DNA of 64,000 bases from an uncultured Gammaproteobacteria bacterium (GTDB taxonomy: Bacteria; Patescibacteriota; Patescibacteriia; UBA9934): contig CAZTKG010000002.1 of the NCBI GenBank assembly GCA_964613815.1, positions 23,737 through 87,736 of the forward strand, written 5' to 3'. Of this stretch, positions 28,585-41,600 are shown in pieces. The stretch's first letter is position 1; every line of letters begins with the position of its first letter. A model generated the notes under the pieces. The model was not told where the DNA came from and made no database searches. It saw only the letters and a list, made by a program, of their open reading frames with translations. A program made the translations under genes and the position numbers.

Positions 28585-29913
28585 ATGCCAAAGAAAGCTG
28601 CTTCAAAGAAAGATCCTGAGGTGCCGGTAAAGAAAATCAAGACGCCTGAATTATTGAGAGGATTTCGTGATGTACTTCCTGAAGAGCAGGTTTATTGGGA
28701 TGCGATTGAAGATGCGGCAAAGCGTTTGACGAGAGATTATAGTTTTGAGCGGATTCGATTGCCTTATTTGGAGAAGTCTTCGCTTTTTGAGCGAACGATT
28801 GGAAAAGCTACCGATATTATTGACAAGGAGATGTTTCGATTTGAGGATCAAGGAGAGCAGAAAGTTGCGATGCGTCCTGAGGCTACGGCTCAAATTGCCC
28901 GTGCATATATTGAGCACGGCATGTTGAATTTGCCTCAGCCGGTGAAGCTTTGGTATTTGGGGCCGATGTTTCGTTATGATCGACCGCAGGCTGGGCGGTA
29001 CAGACAATTTTGGCAGTGGGGGCTTGAAGTTGTGGGGTCTGATGATCCTGTTGTGGATGCACAGGTGATTATTATGGTGAATCGGTTCATGAAGGAGCTT
29101 GGTCTTGAAACGGTTGTGCAGGTTAATTCGATTGGAACGCCTGATTCTCGACGGGAGTATGTTATGGAGCTTGCGAGCTATTTTAAGCAGTTCAGAAAGC
29201 AGCTTAGTGACGTGGATAAACGTCGGTTACAGAAAAATCCTTTGCGACTTTTGGATTCCAAGGAGCCTGGTATGGAGGAGCTGAAGGCTGATGCGCCTCA
29301 GATTTTGGATTGGCTTAATGAGGATTCGAAAAAGCATTTTATGCAAGTGCTTGAGTATTTGGATGAAGTAGATGTCGCGTATGAATTGAATCCGTTTTTG
29401 GTTCGTGGGCTCGATTATTATAGTCGCACGGTGTTTGAAGTAAAACTTGCGAATCCACCTGAAGGAAAGCCTGATTTGGCGCTTGGTGGAGGCGGACGAT
29501 ATGATGGGCTTTTGCCAATTCTTGGAGCTCGTGAAGAGGTGAAGGGTGCAAGTGGCGTCGCAATTGGGGTGGAGCGTGTGATTAATGCTATGCGAGATTT
29601 GAAAGTTTCGCTTCCGGAAGGTGAAAAGGCACAGGTTTTCTTTTGTCAGCTTGGCGATGCTGCGCGACGAAAGGGGCTTGCTGTTTTTGAGGAGTTCCGA
29701 GAGGCGGGAGTTCTTATTGCTGAGGCATTTGGAAAAGGGGCTTTGAAGGCGCAGTTGGAAATAGCTGATAAAAAAGAGGTGAAAATTGCTCTTATTCTTG
29801 GTCAAAAAGAGGTTTTGGACGGAACGATTATTATTCGAGATATGGAATCTGGTGCACAGGAAATCGTTGATGTGACAAAGGTTGTTGATATTGTGAAGAA
29901 GCGATTGAAGTAA
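28585..29913 (+). CDS. hisS: Histidine--tRNA ligase
   Basis: RGFRD, MRPEATA, FRYDRPQAGRYRQF, LVRGLDYY, GGGGRYDGL. Confidence 0.97.
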   Translation: MPKKAASKKDPEVPVKKIKTPELLRGFRDVLPEEQVYWDAIEDAAKRLTRDYSFERIRLPYLEKSSLFERTIGKATDIIDKEMFRFEDQGEQKVAMRPEATAQIARAYIEHGMLNLPQPVKLWYLGPMFRYDRPQAGRYRQFWQWGLEVVGSDDPVVDAQVIIMVNRFMKELGLETVVQVNSIGTPDSRREYVMELASYFKQFRKQLSDVDKRRLQKNPLRLLDSKEPGMEELKADAPQILDWLNEDSKKHFMQVLEYLDEVDVAYELNPFLVRGLDYYSRTVFEVKLANPPEGKPDLALGGGGRYDGLLPILGAREEVKGASGVAIGVERVINAMRDLKVSLPEGEKAQVFFCQLGDAARRKGLAVFEEFREAGVLIAEAFGKGALKAQLEIADKKEVKIALILGQKEVLDGTIIIRDMESGAQEIVDVTKVVDIVKKRLK

Positions 29914-29968
29914 TGCTTGACTCAGAGCGATGATTCTGATATATTTTGCATCATATTGACCCAACTAC

Positions 29969-30226
29969 ATGTCTGTTATTGAGATTAAACGAAAGAGAGG
30001 AGAGAGTTTTGAGGCGATGTTTCGTCGCTATTCGAATCGCGTGAAGCAAAGCGGGAAGCATTTAGATGCTCGATTCAATCAGTTTTTTAGTAAAAATCCC
30101 GAACGAAATAAGCGACGTACGAGTAAACTTCGAGGTTTGAAAATTGCTGAGAAGCGAACGTACTTGCTTCGTAGTGGTCGGATTACTGAAGAGTCCCTTC
30201 GATCACGTCGTGGACGGCGACGATAA
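29969..30226 (+). CDS. rpsU: 30S ribosomal protein S21
   Basis: Small basic protein, IKRKRGESFEAMFRRY; sits upstream of yqeY as is typical. Confidence 0.8.
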   Translation: MSVIEIKRKRGESFEAMFRRYSNRVKQSGKHLDARFNQFFSKNPERNKRRTSKLRGLKIAEKRTYLLRSGRITEESLRSRRGRRR

Positions 30227-30240
30227 ATTTATTGATCTAT

Positions 30241-30684
30241 ATGACATTGCTTGAACTTATTCGACAAGATTTGGTGCAGGCGATGAAGGCGAAGGACGCA
30301 GCGACTTTGAGTACGTTGCGTCTTTTGTCTGCATCGTTGAAGAATAAAGCTATTGAGATGAAAGGTGAGCTTGAAGATGTTGATGTGTTGCGGGTTGTTC
30401 GAGGCGATGTGAAGAAGCTTGAGGATGCGTTGAATGATTTTGTGGGGGCAGCTCGGGAGGATCTTGCAGAGAAGACGCGTGTAGAGATTGCTGTTTTGAA
30501 GAAATATTTGCCTGCTGAGATGACGGCGGAGGCTTTGGAAGAAAAAGTTCGGGAGATATTGGCACGTGTTGGGATTCACGACGCTGGAGATATGGGAAAG
30601 GCGATGGGGGCTGTGATGAAGGAGTTGAAAGATCAGGTTAATGGGAATCGAGTTCGGGAGATGGTGAAGAAGATTTTGCGTTAA
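30241..30684 (+). CDS. GatB/YqeY domain protein
   Basis: DLVQAMKAKD...LSTLRLL, EIAVLKKYLP, DMGKAMGAVM. Confidence 0.93.
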   Translation: MTLLELIRQDLVQAMKAKDAATLSTLRLLSASLKNKAIEMKGELEDVDVLRVVRGDVKKLEDALNDFVGAAREDLAEKTRVEIAVLKKYLPAEMTAEALEEKVREILARVGIHDAGDMGKAMGAVMKELKDQVNGNRVREMVKKILR

Positions 30685-30744
30685 GGTTTTAGAAAAGATT
30701 CTGAAAGAGAGGGTCTTTTTTTCTTTATGCGTGAATTGTGACCT

Positions 30745-30770
30745 GTCACGTCGCTCGCGAGCGACGTGAC
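30745..30770. repeat. Perfect 26-bp palindrome upstream of the surface-protein operon
   Basis: GTCACGTCGCTCG|CGAGCGACGTGAC, with no U-tract. Confidence 0.85.
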
Positions 30771-30834
30771 GTGGATATCTTGTCGGACACATTGTTTGTT
30801 CGTGATAAAATGGATGTAATCAACTAGGGATTAC

Positions 30835-32631
30835 ATGCTATTACAACGATTGAATCTAGCGATTCAGGTGACTGCGACGATTGTGGTTGTTTTTGCGTTT
30901 TTGTTTGGGTTTGGCGATGTTGTGTTGGCGCAGGATTTGGATGCTGTTGGAGATGCTGCAGGGCTTTCTGATGCGGGGCTTGAAGTCATCATTGGACGGA
31001 TTATCGCTGTCTTCTTAGGACTCTTGGGGATCATTCTTCTTGTGATTATCATGTATGCCGGGTATTTGTGGATGACGGCAGGAGGAAATACGGATCAAGT
31101 AGTGAAGGCGAAGAAATGGATTATTAATGGGGTGGTTGGACTTGTGATTACGTTGAGTGCGTATGTGATCGCTTCATTCATTATGAATCTTTTCTACGAT
31201 GCAGGCCTTTGGGGAGGTGGTGGCGACGGGCCGGATTCGAATCCTCCCGTTTTGGAGCCGGGATCCAACTCTCTTGGGAGTGGAGGTATTCAATCGCATT
31301 ATCCGGATCGGTATGCGACGGATATTGCTCGAAATGCGAAGGTGATGGTGACGTTTGGTACTAAGATGGCAATTGGTTCGTTTGCGAAGGGATACGATGA
31401 TAATGGGACACCTACAGATGTTAGCGACGATGTTGTTGCGACAGCGCTCAATACAGAAAATATTTTGATTTATGTTACAAGTGAAGGGGAGGAGTATGCT
31501 TTGGGTGAGGGTGATGTAGAGGTATCGTTTACGGAAGATCTGAGGACGTTTGTCTTTGACCCTTCTGCGTATTTAGGAAGTGCTACGGAGGATGTTGGGT
31601 ATACGGTGTATCTTTCTGATGATATTGAGAATTCGGATGGGGATACGGGGGATGTTGATGATGGTGGGTATTGGTGGACGTTTACGGTGGGGACTGAGAT
31701 TGATTTGACGCCTCCGCAGATTAAAAGTATTTCGCCTGCAGAGGGGCTTTCGTATGCTCGGAATATTGTTGTTGAGGTAACGTTTGATGAGGCGATTGAT
31801 CCAACAAGTGCGACGGGGACGTATGCTGCTGATGGATCTGGGAGTTTTGAAAATATTCAGATTGAAGCGGATTCTAGTGGGCTTGTGGAAGGGACGTATG
31901 TGATGAGTAATGCGTACAAAACGGTTACTTTTGTGAGTTCGGAGGCTTGTGGAACAAATAGTTGCGGGCAGACGATTTATTGTTTACCTGGTGGGGAGGA
32001 TCAGACGGTTACGGTGTTTGGTGCCACGCCTGGAACGGATAACCCTCAGATTGATGTATATCCATACGATGGAATTGGAGATGTTTCTGGCAATGCGCTT
32101 GATGCGGATGGGGACGACGCGGTTGATAGCGCTGGAGAACAATATGCTTGGGCGTTTACGACGACGAATGATTATAATGATGATGCTCCATACATCACGG
32201 CGGTTACCCCGGATGTTGCTGAGGAGGATTTGGCATTAGATGCAGATATTCTTGTGACGTTTGACTCTGTCATGATGAGTTCTACGCTTTCGAGTGAGAA
32301 CGTGGAGGTTGATAATAGTCCTGATCACGAGCTTTGGTTTTCGATTGAAAGTGAAGGGTTGGCGAGTGATGGAAGTGTTGTAGAGGATTCGAGTACGACG
32401 ATTACGAATACGCAGATGGAAGTTAACCATGGGGTGTTCTATGAGTCTGGAGATGATTTTACCTATCTGTATTCGGTTGATGTGGGTGACGGAGTTTTGA
32501 ATCAGTATCAGAATTGTTTTGTTCCTGGGGAGGGGCCTGGAGTTGGAAGTACTGAATGTGGCACAAATAATACGTATCCTTACTGCTGCCAGGGGGTTCC
32601 AAGCGCTGAGGAATGTTCGTTTTTTGAGTAA
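30835..32631 (+). CDS. Pilin-like (TrbC/VirB2-type) N-terminus fused to three Ig-like domains
   Basis: Signal ending VLA|QD, then two TM helices with YAGYLWMTAGGN..QVVKAKKWIINGVVGL; repeated P....N..V.VTF Ig-like motifs; Cys-rich tail. Confidence 0.8.
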   Translation: MLLQRLNLAIQVTATIVVVFAFLFGFGDVVLAQDLDAVGDAAGLSDAGLEVIIGRIIAVFLGLLGIILLVIIMYAGYLWMTAGGNTDQVVKAKKWIINGVVGLVITLSAYVIASFIMNLFYDAGLWGGGGDGPDSNPPVLEPGSNSLGSGGIQSHYPDRYATDIARNAKVMVTFGTKMAIGSFAKGYDDNGTPTDVSDDVVATALNTENILIYVTSEGEEYALGEGDVEVSFTEDLRTFVFDPSAYLGSATEDVGYTVYLSDDIENSDGDTGDVDDGGYWWTFTVGTEIDLTPPQIKSISPAEGLSYARNIVVEVTFDEAIDPTSATGTYAADGSGSFENIQIEADSSGLVEGTYVMSNAYKTVTFVSSEACGTNSCGQTIYCLPGGEDQTVTVFGATPGTDNPQIDVYPYDGIGDVSGNALDADGDDAVDSAGEQYAWAFTTTNDYNDDAPYITAVTPDVAEEDLALDADILVTFDSVMMSSTLSSENVEVDNSPDHELWFSIESEGLASDGSVVEDSSTTITNTQMEVNHGVFYESGDDFTYLYSVDVGDGVLNQYQNCFVPGEGPGVGSTECGTNNTYPYCCQGVPSAEECSFFE

Positions 32632-32633
32632 TT

Positions 32634-35600
32634 ATGAGATTTAAGGAGTGGTTACAATTTGGATTTCGATGGTTACCGATGGTTGCTGTTTTTGGCTTTT
32701 TGTTGTGTGGCGAGGTGGCATTTGCACAGGATCTTGATGCGGTTGCGACTGAGTCTGGGCTTGGACAGGCGGATTTGTATGCGACGCTTGCTCGGATTGT
32801 TAATGTCTTTTTAGGATTCCTGGGAATCATTTTGGTTTGTATTGTTGTTTATGCGGGATTTTTGTGGATGACGGCAGGGGGGAACACCGAGCAAATCACG
32901 AAGGCAAAAAAATGGGTTATCAATGCTTCAGTTGGATTATTGATTATTTTATCTTCTTGGGGTATTACGACATTTATTTTGAATAAATTGATGGGTGCGG
33001 CGGGATATACGAGTGATGGTTCCGGAGATGATGGAGGGGGGGGATCTGGTGGAGGAATTCCTGGAGGTGATGTTGCGACATTTAGGGTGAATGATTTTAG
33101 TCCTGAAGGGGAGGTTTCTATTCGTAATATTGAAGTTACCATTACATTTAATGACAAGCTTGATCCTGATTCGATTGATGGGAATGTCGTTGTGACGGAT
33201 TTGGATTCTGGAGATACGGTGGATGGGACGTTAGAAGTGAGTGCGAATAAGGTGACTTTTACGCCTTTGGCCACTTGTGATGAGCCGAATGAAGATTATA
33301 ATTGTTTTGATGAATTTACGAATTACAGCGTTGCGGTTTCGACGAGTGTTTTGGATGATGATGGAACGAGTTTGAGTTGTTCAATTTATCCTTGTACGGC
33401 TGAATTTACAAGTGGGGATGTTGTTGATACGGACGGACCTGAGGTTGAGTTTGTTTATCCTGAGAGCGGGGAGCGAATTGAGCCTTACACATCTGTGTTT
33501 GAACAGGTGTATGCCGAGGATGACTATGCGCTTTCTGGTGCAGAATTTGCGATTGATGATGAGACTGATGTGTTAGAAGCTGTGAGCGTGGATGATAATG
33601 CATCGAGTGCGTATATAGAGACGTATTGGGATACGACGGATTACGATACGGAGAGTTACTATCGGTTATATGCGACGGTGACGGATTTGGCCGGGAATGA
33701 GAATACGGATTCTGTACGTGTGTATATTGATCCTGCACATTGCTATAATGACGTGATGGATGAGGATGAGGAAGATGTTGATTGTGGAGGGAGTTGTGGG
33801 GCCTGTGATGGAGATGAGTGTTCAGAAGATGGAGACTGTGCGAGCGGGTCATGCGTTGATAATGTTTGTGTTGCTGAGCCGATGATTTCGTCGATTAGTC
33901 CTGAGGATGGGGCCGTGGGCACGCTCGTGACAATTAATGGAGAGAATTTTGGATCGCGAACTGGGACGGTTTATTTTGAGGACGGTGATGGTGCGTTGTT
34001 GGAGGCTGGGACTTCTGCGATTTGCGGGGATAGTTGGGATGATGATGAGATTGTGATTGAGGTTCCGGAGGGGGCTGCGGATGGGGCGATTACGGTTGTT
34101 GCGACGAATGGATATGATGACGCAACGAATGATGATAGGGGTCCTGTGATTGATGATTTTGAGGTAAATAGTGTTGAGCGGCCTGGTATTTGTCGGATTT
34201 ATCCGGATGATGGGGAGAGTGGAGATGAAGCGACGGTGTATGGGGTGAATTTTACGAGTGAAGCAGACATGAGTGTTTACTTTGGCACTGATGAGGTGCG
34301 TACGTTTGGAGATTGGGATTCTGACTCCGTTGTTGTGACAGTGCCTTCGCTTGAAGATGGGGATTATGATGTGATGGTTGATGTTGATGGGGTTGAGTCT
34401 AATACGGTTGAGTATGTGGTTGAGGCATCTGTGGAAGATGGGCCTATTTTAAGCGGACTTTCTCCTTCGAATGGAGGAATTGGTCAATATGTGACGTTGC
34501 AGGGGTCTGATTTTGGAAGTACTCAGGGGCTCGTATGGATTGTGAGTCAGAGTACTGGAAATGCTGCGTATGCTTCGGTTGCGTTTCCGGATGAGTGTGG
34601 GGTGGATTTTTGGTCTGACGATGAGGTTATTGTGAAGATTCCTTCTGAATATACGAATGGGCAAGCAATTGAGTATACGACGCATGATGTGTATGTAGAT
34701 GCGGCGTATTTGGATGAGGATTCGAATGCTCTTGATTTTACGATTACGACAAGTGATCCGAGTCCAGGGCTTTGTGCGCTCAGTCCGGATGAGGGAGATG
34801 TTGCGGCTGACAGTGGGCTTCAAGTGACGCTTTATGGTGAGAATTTTGGGTCTGATGTTGGGTCTGTTCGGTTTTACAATGAGGTTGAGGCTGCGGTGGA
34901 CTCATGGAGTGAGGGAGAGGTGGTAGTGACTGCTCCTAGTTCTGCTTTGACAGGGCCCGTGACACTGTATTCTGCGGATGATGATGAAAGTAATACCGTG
35001 AATTTTGAGGTTGGTGAAGGAGATTCTGATGATGAAGAAGAGGCGACTGAGGGGGGATATGCTTGGTATTTTTCGACTGGAGATATTCCAGATTCTCCTA
35101 GTGTGCTTGTGGAATGTACGGACACTTCTGTAAGTGGCGTGCCGAATAGTCGATTTTTGAGTGATGAGGGCGCTTGTTTGAATGCGGATGTGTTTGTGCG
35201 TTTTGCGAGTAGTGTGTACGAGTCGACTGTTCAGGATGGAGAGGGAATTCTTGTGGAAGAATGTAGCGATTCTAGCTGCGATGATGTTGTCGCGACCGTT
35301 CCTGGATCGGTGACTTTGGCTTGGGGCCGTGCGTTGACGTGGTCCGTGGATGGGGGTTATGAATCTGGACTGTTCAAGGCTGATACGTCGTATCAGGTAA
35401 CGATTTTGAGTACGGTTGTTTCCACGGATGGTGTTGAGCTTGGGAGTGATGTGTCTTGGAAATTTAGCACAGGGGCTGCGGATATGGATTGCGCGATTGA
35501 GAAGATTTATGTCACGCCTGAAACGGCAGATGCAGATTCGTATGGACAGGACCAGGAATTTTTGTCAAGCGCTGGAACGTTTGACTGTCAGGTGCTCAGT

Positions 35601-38600
35601 TCTGATTCGTTTGATTGGGATTGGCAGATTGATGAGTCTTATGCCTCTATATCTGCTGGAGGGTGCGATACGATGAGTGGTCAGGAGTGTGCGCTCGCGA
35701 CAGCACTTGCGGAAGGCGAGGCTGATGTCCTTGTGACAGAAAGTGATAGCGGTCTTTCTGAAGGCGCTTTGTATCGGATTGATTTTAGTGATCCTGCAGT
35801 GAGTGATTGGTGGCCGAGTTGTGATGAGGCTTGTACGAATGCGGATGTCGGCGCTTCGTTTGATACATCGATTAACATGGACAGTAGTCGAGGTATGACC
35901 GCAGAAGATGCTGGTGCGTTCATGGTGTATGCGTGTGATAATGAGCTGTGCAGTTCTTATTCAGATTTGTTTGCTTCTAGTGCGACGTGTACGGATTATG
36001 CGGATGATGGAGGGTGTGTTGAGTTGTCTGCGAATTTTCTTGATCGAATGGACAGCGCGACGTTTTATCGTGCAACGATTTCAGGGAATTTGATTTCGAC
36101 GAGCGGGGTTGCGATTATTGGGACGAATTACGGCGACGATTTTAGCTGGACGTTTGGTGTGCGGGATGATGCGAGTGAATGTAGTGTTGATTCGATTGAC
36201 TTGTCTCCAGGAGATTCAAAGCATACGTATATTGGTAGCCGGGAGGTGTTTAGTGTGAATGCGTATGGTCCACGAGATGGATGTAGCACGACTGGACAGA
36301 AGCTTGTTTCTAGTGATTATGATTGGGACTGGGATGATCCGATTGAGAATGATGCCGATGTTTCTGAATGGGTGAAAGTGAATAGTAGCTTGATTGATGC
36401 GGATGCAGATGGGCCTGTTGAAGGCTGTACGTCTTCGTGTTTGCCTCAGGGGACGTCTACGTATGATGCAATTTGTGGAGATGGTGTCATTGGAGTTGCT
36501 GAAGATTGTGATGACGGAAATGCAAGTGATGGGGATGGATGCAGTTCGATTTGTTTGCGTGAAGGAGGGGATGTTGTTGGAACTTGTGGAGATGGAAGTT
36601 TGGATCGTGTTGCAGCGGATGGGGTTTATGATCAAGGGGGTGGAGAGGATTGTGATGATGGTGGCAATTCTGATGGAGATGGATGTAGCTCTGCTTGTTT
36701 GAACGAGGGCTCTTCTGGTACGACTCAATGTGGTAATGATGACATTGCTTATGATTGGCAGATTGGAGGGGAGGAGTGTGAGGATGCTGATGGAAATGCG
36801 AGTGGGGGTGATGGGTGTAGTGCGAATTGTTTGAATGAGGGTTCTGTTGCGATTACGGATGTTTATGGGGAGTGTGGAGATGGTGTGCTTGATACGCCGT
36901 ATGAGAGTTGTGATGATGGAAATACATCGGACGGGGATGGATGCGGCTCTACGTGTGTTCGAGAGGGAGGTGATGTTGTTGGGATTTGTGGGGATGGAAA
37001 CGTGGACCGCATTGCTGATGATGGGACGTATGCGCAAGGGGGAGGTGAAGACTGTGATGATGACGAGGGATGTAGTGATGATTGTTTGTGGCTTGGCTCT
37101 TCTTACAACTATGACGACGTTTCTGTTTGTGGCGATGGGGTGACGGGGGCTGGAGAGTATGACATGTGTGAATCTGGTGTACTTGGTGATCTTTCTGTTG
37201 ATAGTCTGCAGGTGGCGGAAATTTCGGATTTGGCGCCAACTCAGGTCGATAGCGCGACAAATATTTCAACATCAACTGTTCGAGTTGAGCTTGATGCGTA
37301 TGGGCTCTGGGATGAGACAGAGATGATTTTGTATTGCGGTGCAGAGACGGGGGCTGATTGTGAGGATACGACGTATGGCGTTGGTGAAAGTGGGTGTTGT
37401 AGTGCTCGTCCGACCGTGTCTTTGTATCCGTCTGGATCTGCCGTTTGTACGAATACGGCGTTTAGCGCTACGTTTAGTGAGAAGATTGATGTAGATACGC
37501 TTGAGGATCATGTGTTTGTGCGGCTTGATATTTCTAGTGCTTCTGATGGTGCGTGTCCGAGCAGTCATGATGTGTATGGGGATTCTGCGAGTGATGGATC
37601 TGTCGCGACTGGTTGGGATCGTTTTTGGGCATTTTTGATGCCTTGGACGAATGCGGCGAGTGATGGGGATTGTTTGATGGAGGTGACTGGATTTGATCAA
37701 ACGGCAGTTAGTGATACGGAGTATAAGGTCTCCATTACAACGGCATCTATATTGGAGGCTGAAGCGGATTATGAGCTTGTGGTGGTTGGTGATTCTGATG
37801 TTTTGGATGGAGATAAAGAGGGGGTTTTGAGTGCGCTTGGAGTGAGTATTGATGGGACAGCTTCTGGCACCGGAGAGATTGCGCAGGCGTTTACAACTGG
37901 GGAAGGAATTTGTTTGTTTGATATGGCGGTTGCGGAAGATACGGATGAAGATAGTCCTGGGTATTATCGAACGCAAAAAGAGTCGCATGGATTTTTGGCG
38001 ACGGCTTATTCTGTTGATGGAGGGGTTCAACAGGAGATTCAGTCCATGACTGGGGTGTATGAATGGTCATGGAGCGATTGGACTGTTGACGATGAAGATG
38101 TTTTTGAGATCGCGAGTACTGATGATGAGGCGGATGTTTCCGCGCTTGATGAGGATGGTGAGGCTAATGTGGTCGCGAGTGCCGTCATTACGGTGGATGC
38201 GACGGATGTTGATGAGGTTGGGCGTGTCGTTTCTGGAACAGAGGATGTCACCGCGGTGCTTTGTAATAACATTTGGCCTGTTATTGATGATTTCCCGTTT
38301 GTTGATGATTCTACATCTGCGATTAGTGGGGTTTCTGAAGGGTATGGCTGGATGAATTTTTCTACCTATTATTGTCGAGATGCGGGAAGTTCAGACAGTC
38401 GAGATGATGATTTGCCTGAACTTGAGGTTCTTGTAACGCCTTCTGTTGAATCTGAGACGGTCATGAAGGAATACTTTTTCCAGGTTCAGGATGGTTCTGG
38501 AGATGCAATTGGTGTTCGTATTGCCTCGAATGAGGAATATTTGACTCCGTTGGCTTGGTATGAGGATCGTGGATTTAGCGGATCGCCTTCTGAGCTTCAG

Positions 38601-41600
38601 GTGGATGGGTTTGAGGCAATTGCGGACGGAAGGACAGCGTATGTTGCAGCTCCAAACGTTACCGATAGCGGGGATGTGTATGCCAATATTTATGTGATTG
38701 CTTATAATGAAGGAGCGGGGGATGATACTGTCGCGATTTATAATTTAATCCTGGAGAATTTCTCATTTTTGACGAATCTTGACGATGTAGGACTTTGTTA
38801 TGTGAGTGGGGAGTATACAGATACGGAGTGTGAGAGTGATTTGGATTGTAGTTTTACTGCTGGAGAGGTTTGTGGGGATGATGTTGGAAAACTGACGCGA
38901 GACATGAAGAGGCTTCTTGATGTTGTGTCGGTTTCTGAGGCGATTGATACCTATGGAGAGAGTTACGGGTTCTGTAGTGAGACGACTTCTCAGACATGTG
39001 TTATTGATGATGATTGTCTTGGTGACGAAACGTGTGAGGCTGGTGTTCCTCAGCTTGAGGCTGGAACGTTTGTTCGGTCGATGAGTGTGAGTTCTTGGGA
39101 TTCTTGGTCCGCGTCTTTGCAGGGATCTTTGGGTGTGTTGCCTGTGGATCCACTCAATGCGTATACGCGATGTGGAGAGGGTGATTTTGCCGATTTTGAT
39201 GCGGCGACATGTGTTGATTTGACGAATGGTCGATATACGTGTCCTGTTGGGTCTCATGTGTATCATTATCGCGCTGTGGGAGATGATGGGTACCAGCTTG
39301 CTGCGGAGCTTGAGTATGATGGCGCGGATTGGGTAAATCCGATTGATTTTGATACTTCTGATGATGCGGATTTGATTTTGGGTGGAAATTCAAGCGCGAG
39401 TCCAGATGGATTTAATGGTGGACCAGCGTACTGTGCTTGTGCAGATCCGACGGGGGTTTCTTGTCCGATTTATGGAGATTCTGATATTTGTGGAGATGGT
39501 ATTGTTGGAAATGATGAGGCTTGTGAAATTGGCCAGGAGGGATCTGTTGCGTCTTGCACGACCGATGATGGTGAAGGTGGAAGTATTGCGCAGATTTGCA
39601 ATGATGATTGTGATGGATTTATTGATAATGATGGGGCGAGTTGTGAAGCTTATGAGTGTGGAAATGGGGTGATTGAGGCTGCTGAGGAGTGCGATGATGG
39701 TTCGTATAATGGTGAATATGGTTATTGTGGAAATGATTGCTCGTATTCCACGGCGTTTTATTGTGGAGATGGGTCGCTTGCGGGCGGAGAGGTTTGTGAT
39801 TGTGGGGCTTCTATGGCGAGTGGGCGCACGTATTCTGGTGGGACATGTGGAGATGTGAACGGAAGTTATGATTATAATCCTGCGAATACGTGTGCTTGGG
39901 ATTGTTCTGGGCCAGCTTCGTATTGTGGCGATGGAGTGGTTGACGCTGTTGAAGAATGCGATGGTGATACGGAGTCTTATGCAGGAGCGCTTTGTGATGG
40001 AGGTAGGAACGATGGCGAGACGTGTGATACGGATGATGAATGTATTGGTACAGGTGCGACTTGTGGTGGGGCAGGTTGGGCGAATGTTTGTGAGATAGCT
40101 CGCGTTTGTTTGGATGGAGATGCTCATGAGATTGGGTATTCGTGTGAGTCCGATACGGATTGTGGAACGAATGGGCTTTGTAGTGATTATGATCTTCAAT
40201 TAGAGCGCATTCGGTCTTGTAATGATGACGGCGCGGGAGGTACTGATACGTGTACATGGGCATCTGAATGGAGGGGTCTTGATTGTATGGCTCCTGGAAC
40301 TTGTGGAGATGGAACGATTGATGAAGGCGAGGAGTGTGATGATGGAAATGAGGATTCTACGGATGGGTGCACGATTGAATGTACGGTAAACGTTTGTGGG
40401 GATCGGTATATTTATGCGGATGAGGAGTATTGTGATGATGGATCTGGGAATGGAGAGGTTTGCAGCGCGCAGTATGAATCGACGTGTAATTATTGTTCTG
40501 ATTCTTGCAATGTGATTACGAATAGCGGTCTGTTTTGCGGGGATGGAGAGATAAATGGGGATGAGTTTTGTGATGGTGGTGATTTGCCTTATTACTTCGT
40601 GTTTGAGCCTGCGCTTTTTTATACGCAGGATGGATTGGATGAGATTGGAATTGATGCAGATGTGAACGCTGTTTATATTGGCGAAGGGGAGGATGGGTCT
40701 TATTTGACATGTGATGCTTCTGATGTTGGAAGTGTTTCAACTGAGGCGGGATCATCTCACAGCAGCTATCTTTGTACGCAGGTCGGGACATGTAACGGGG
40801 GTGATGACAATGGAGAGTATTGTACTGCGAATTCGTCTTGCAATTGTGTGTTTCCGACATGTTTAGATTCTTGCAATGCGAGCTGTCCGTTTAATACGCA
40901 GTCGACGACGATTTTGATGTCTACGGCCGGGGAGGAGTCGGGTGAGTCGAGTGTGAATTTGCTTTCGTTTGATAGTGACGAGGCGAGTGTGTTTGCTGAT
41001 TATTCTGGGATCATGCATGTACCTGCCTGCGGTGTAGCTGAATCTCTTTCTGCAGATGTATCTTTTGCAGGTTGGGATTCTACGGAGGCGTACGTGGTGT
41101 TTGTGACAGATGTTTCTTCAACTGGATTGGCTGATGCGAGTCATGGAGCGTCTGGAGGAATGTGGTCACAATTTGCACGCAAGCTGACAGGTTTATTTAC
41201 TCCTTTTGCTCATGCAAGTTCGACGACTTTGAAAGAAGGTCTTAAAAACGGGATTCAAGAATTGTTTGATGTGATGGGTTCACAGTTGCATGTAGGGTTG
41301 GTTTCGTATGTCGGTGGAAACAATGGTGGAACAGCTTCAAATGATCAGATTGTGATTGGTCAGCATTCTTTTGCTGGGGAGGATGGGGTGAATAGTTTGA
41401 TTTCGCGGATTGATAGTTGGAGTGGGGACGATGTTGGTGTTCCGACATTTGAAGGGCTTGAAGCGGCTTATGAGATGTTTGATGGAATTGATGGCGATGC
41501 ACGTAAGGTGATTGTGTTGATTGGGCGTAGTGAGCCGACGACGGAAAGTAATCCGGAGTATTATGCTTGTAAGGCTAAGGCTGAAGGGATTGAGCTTTAT

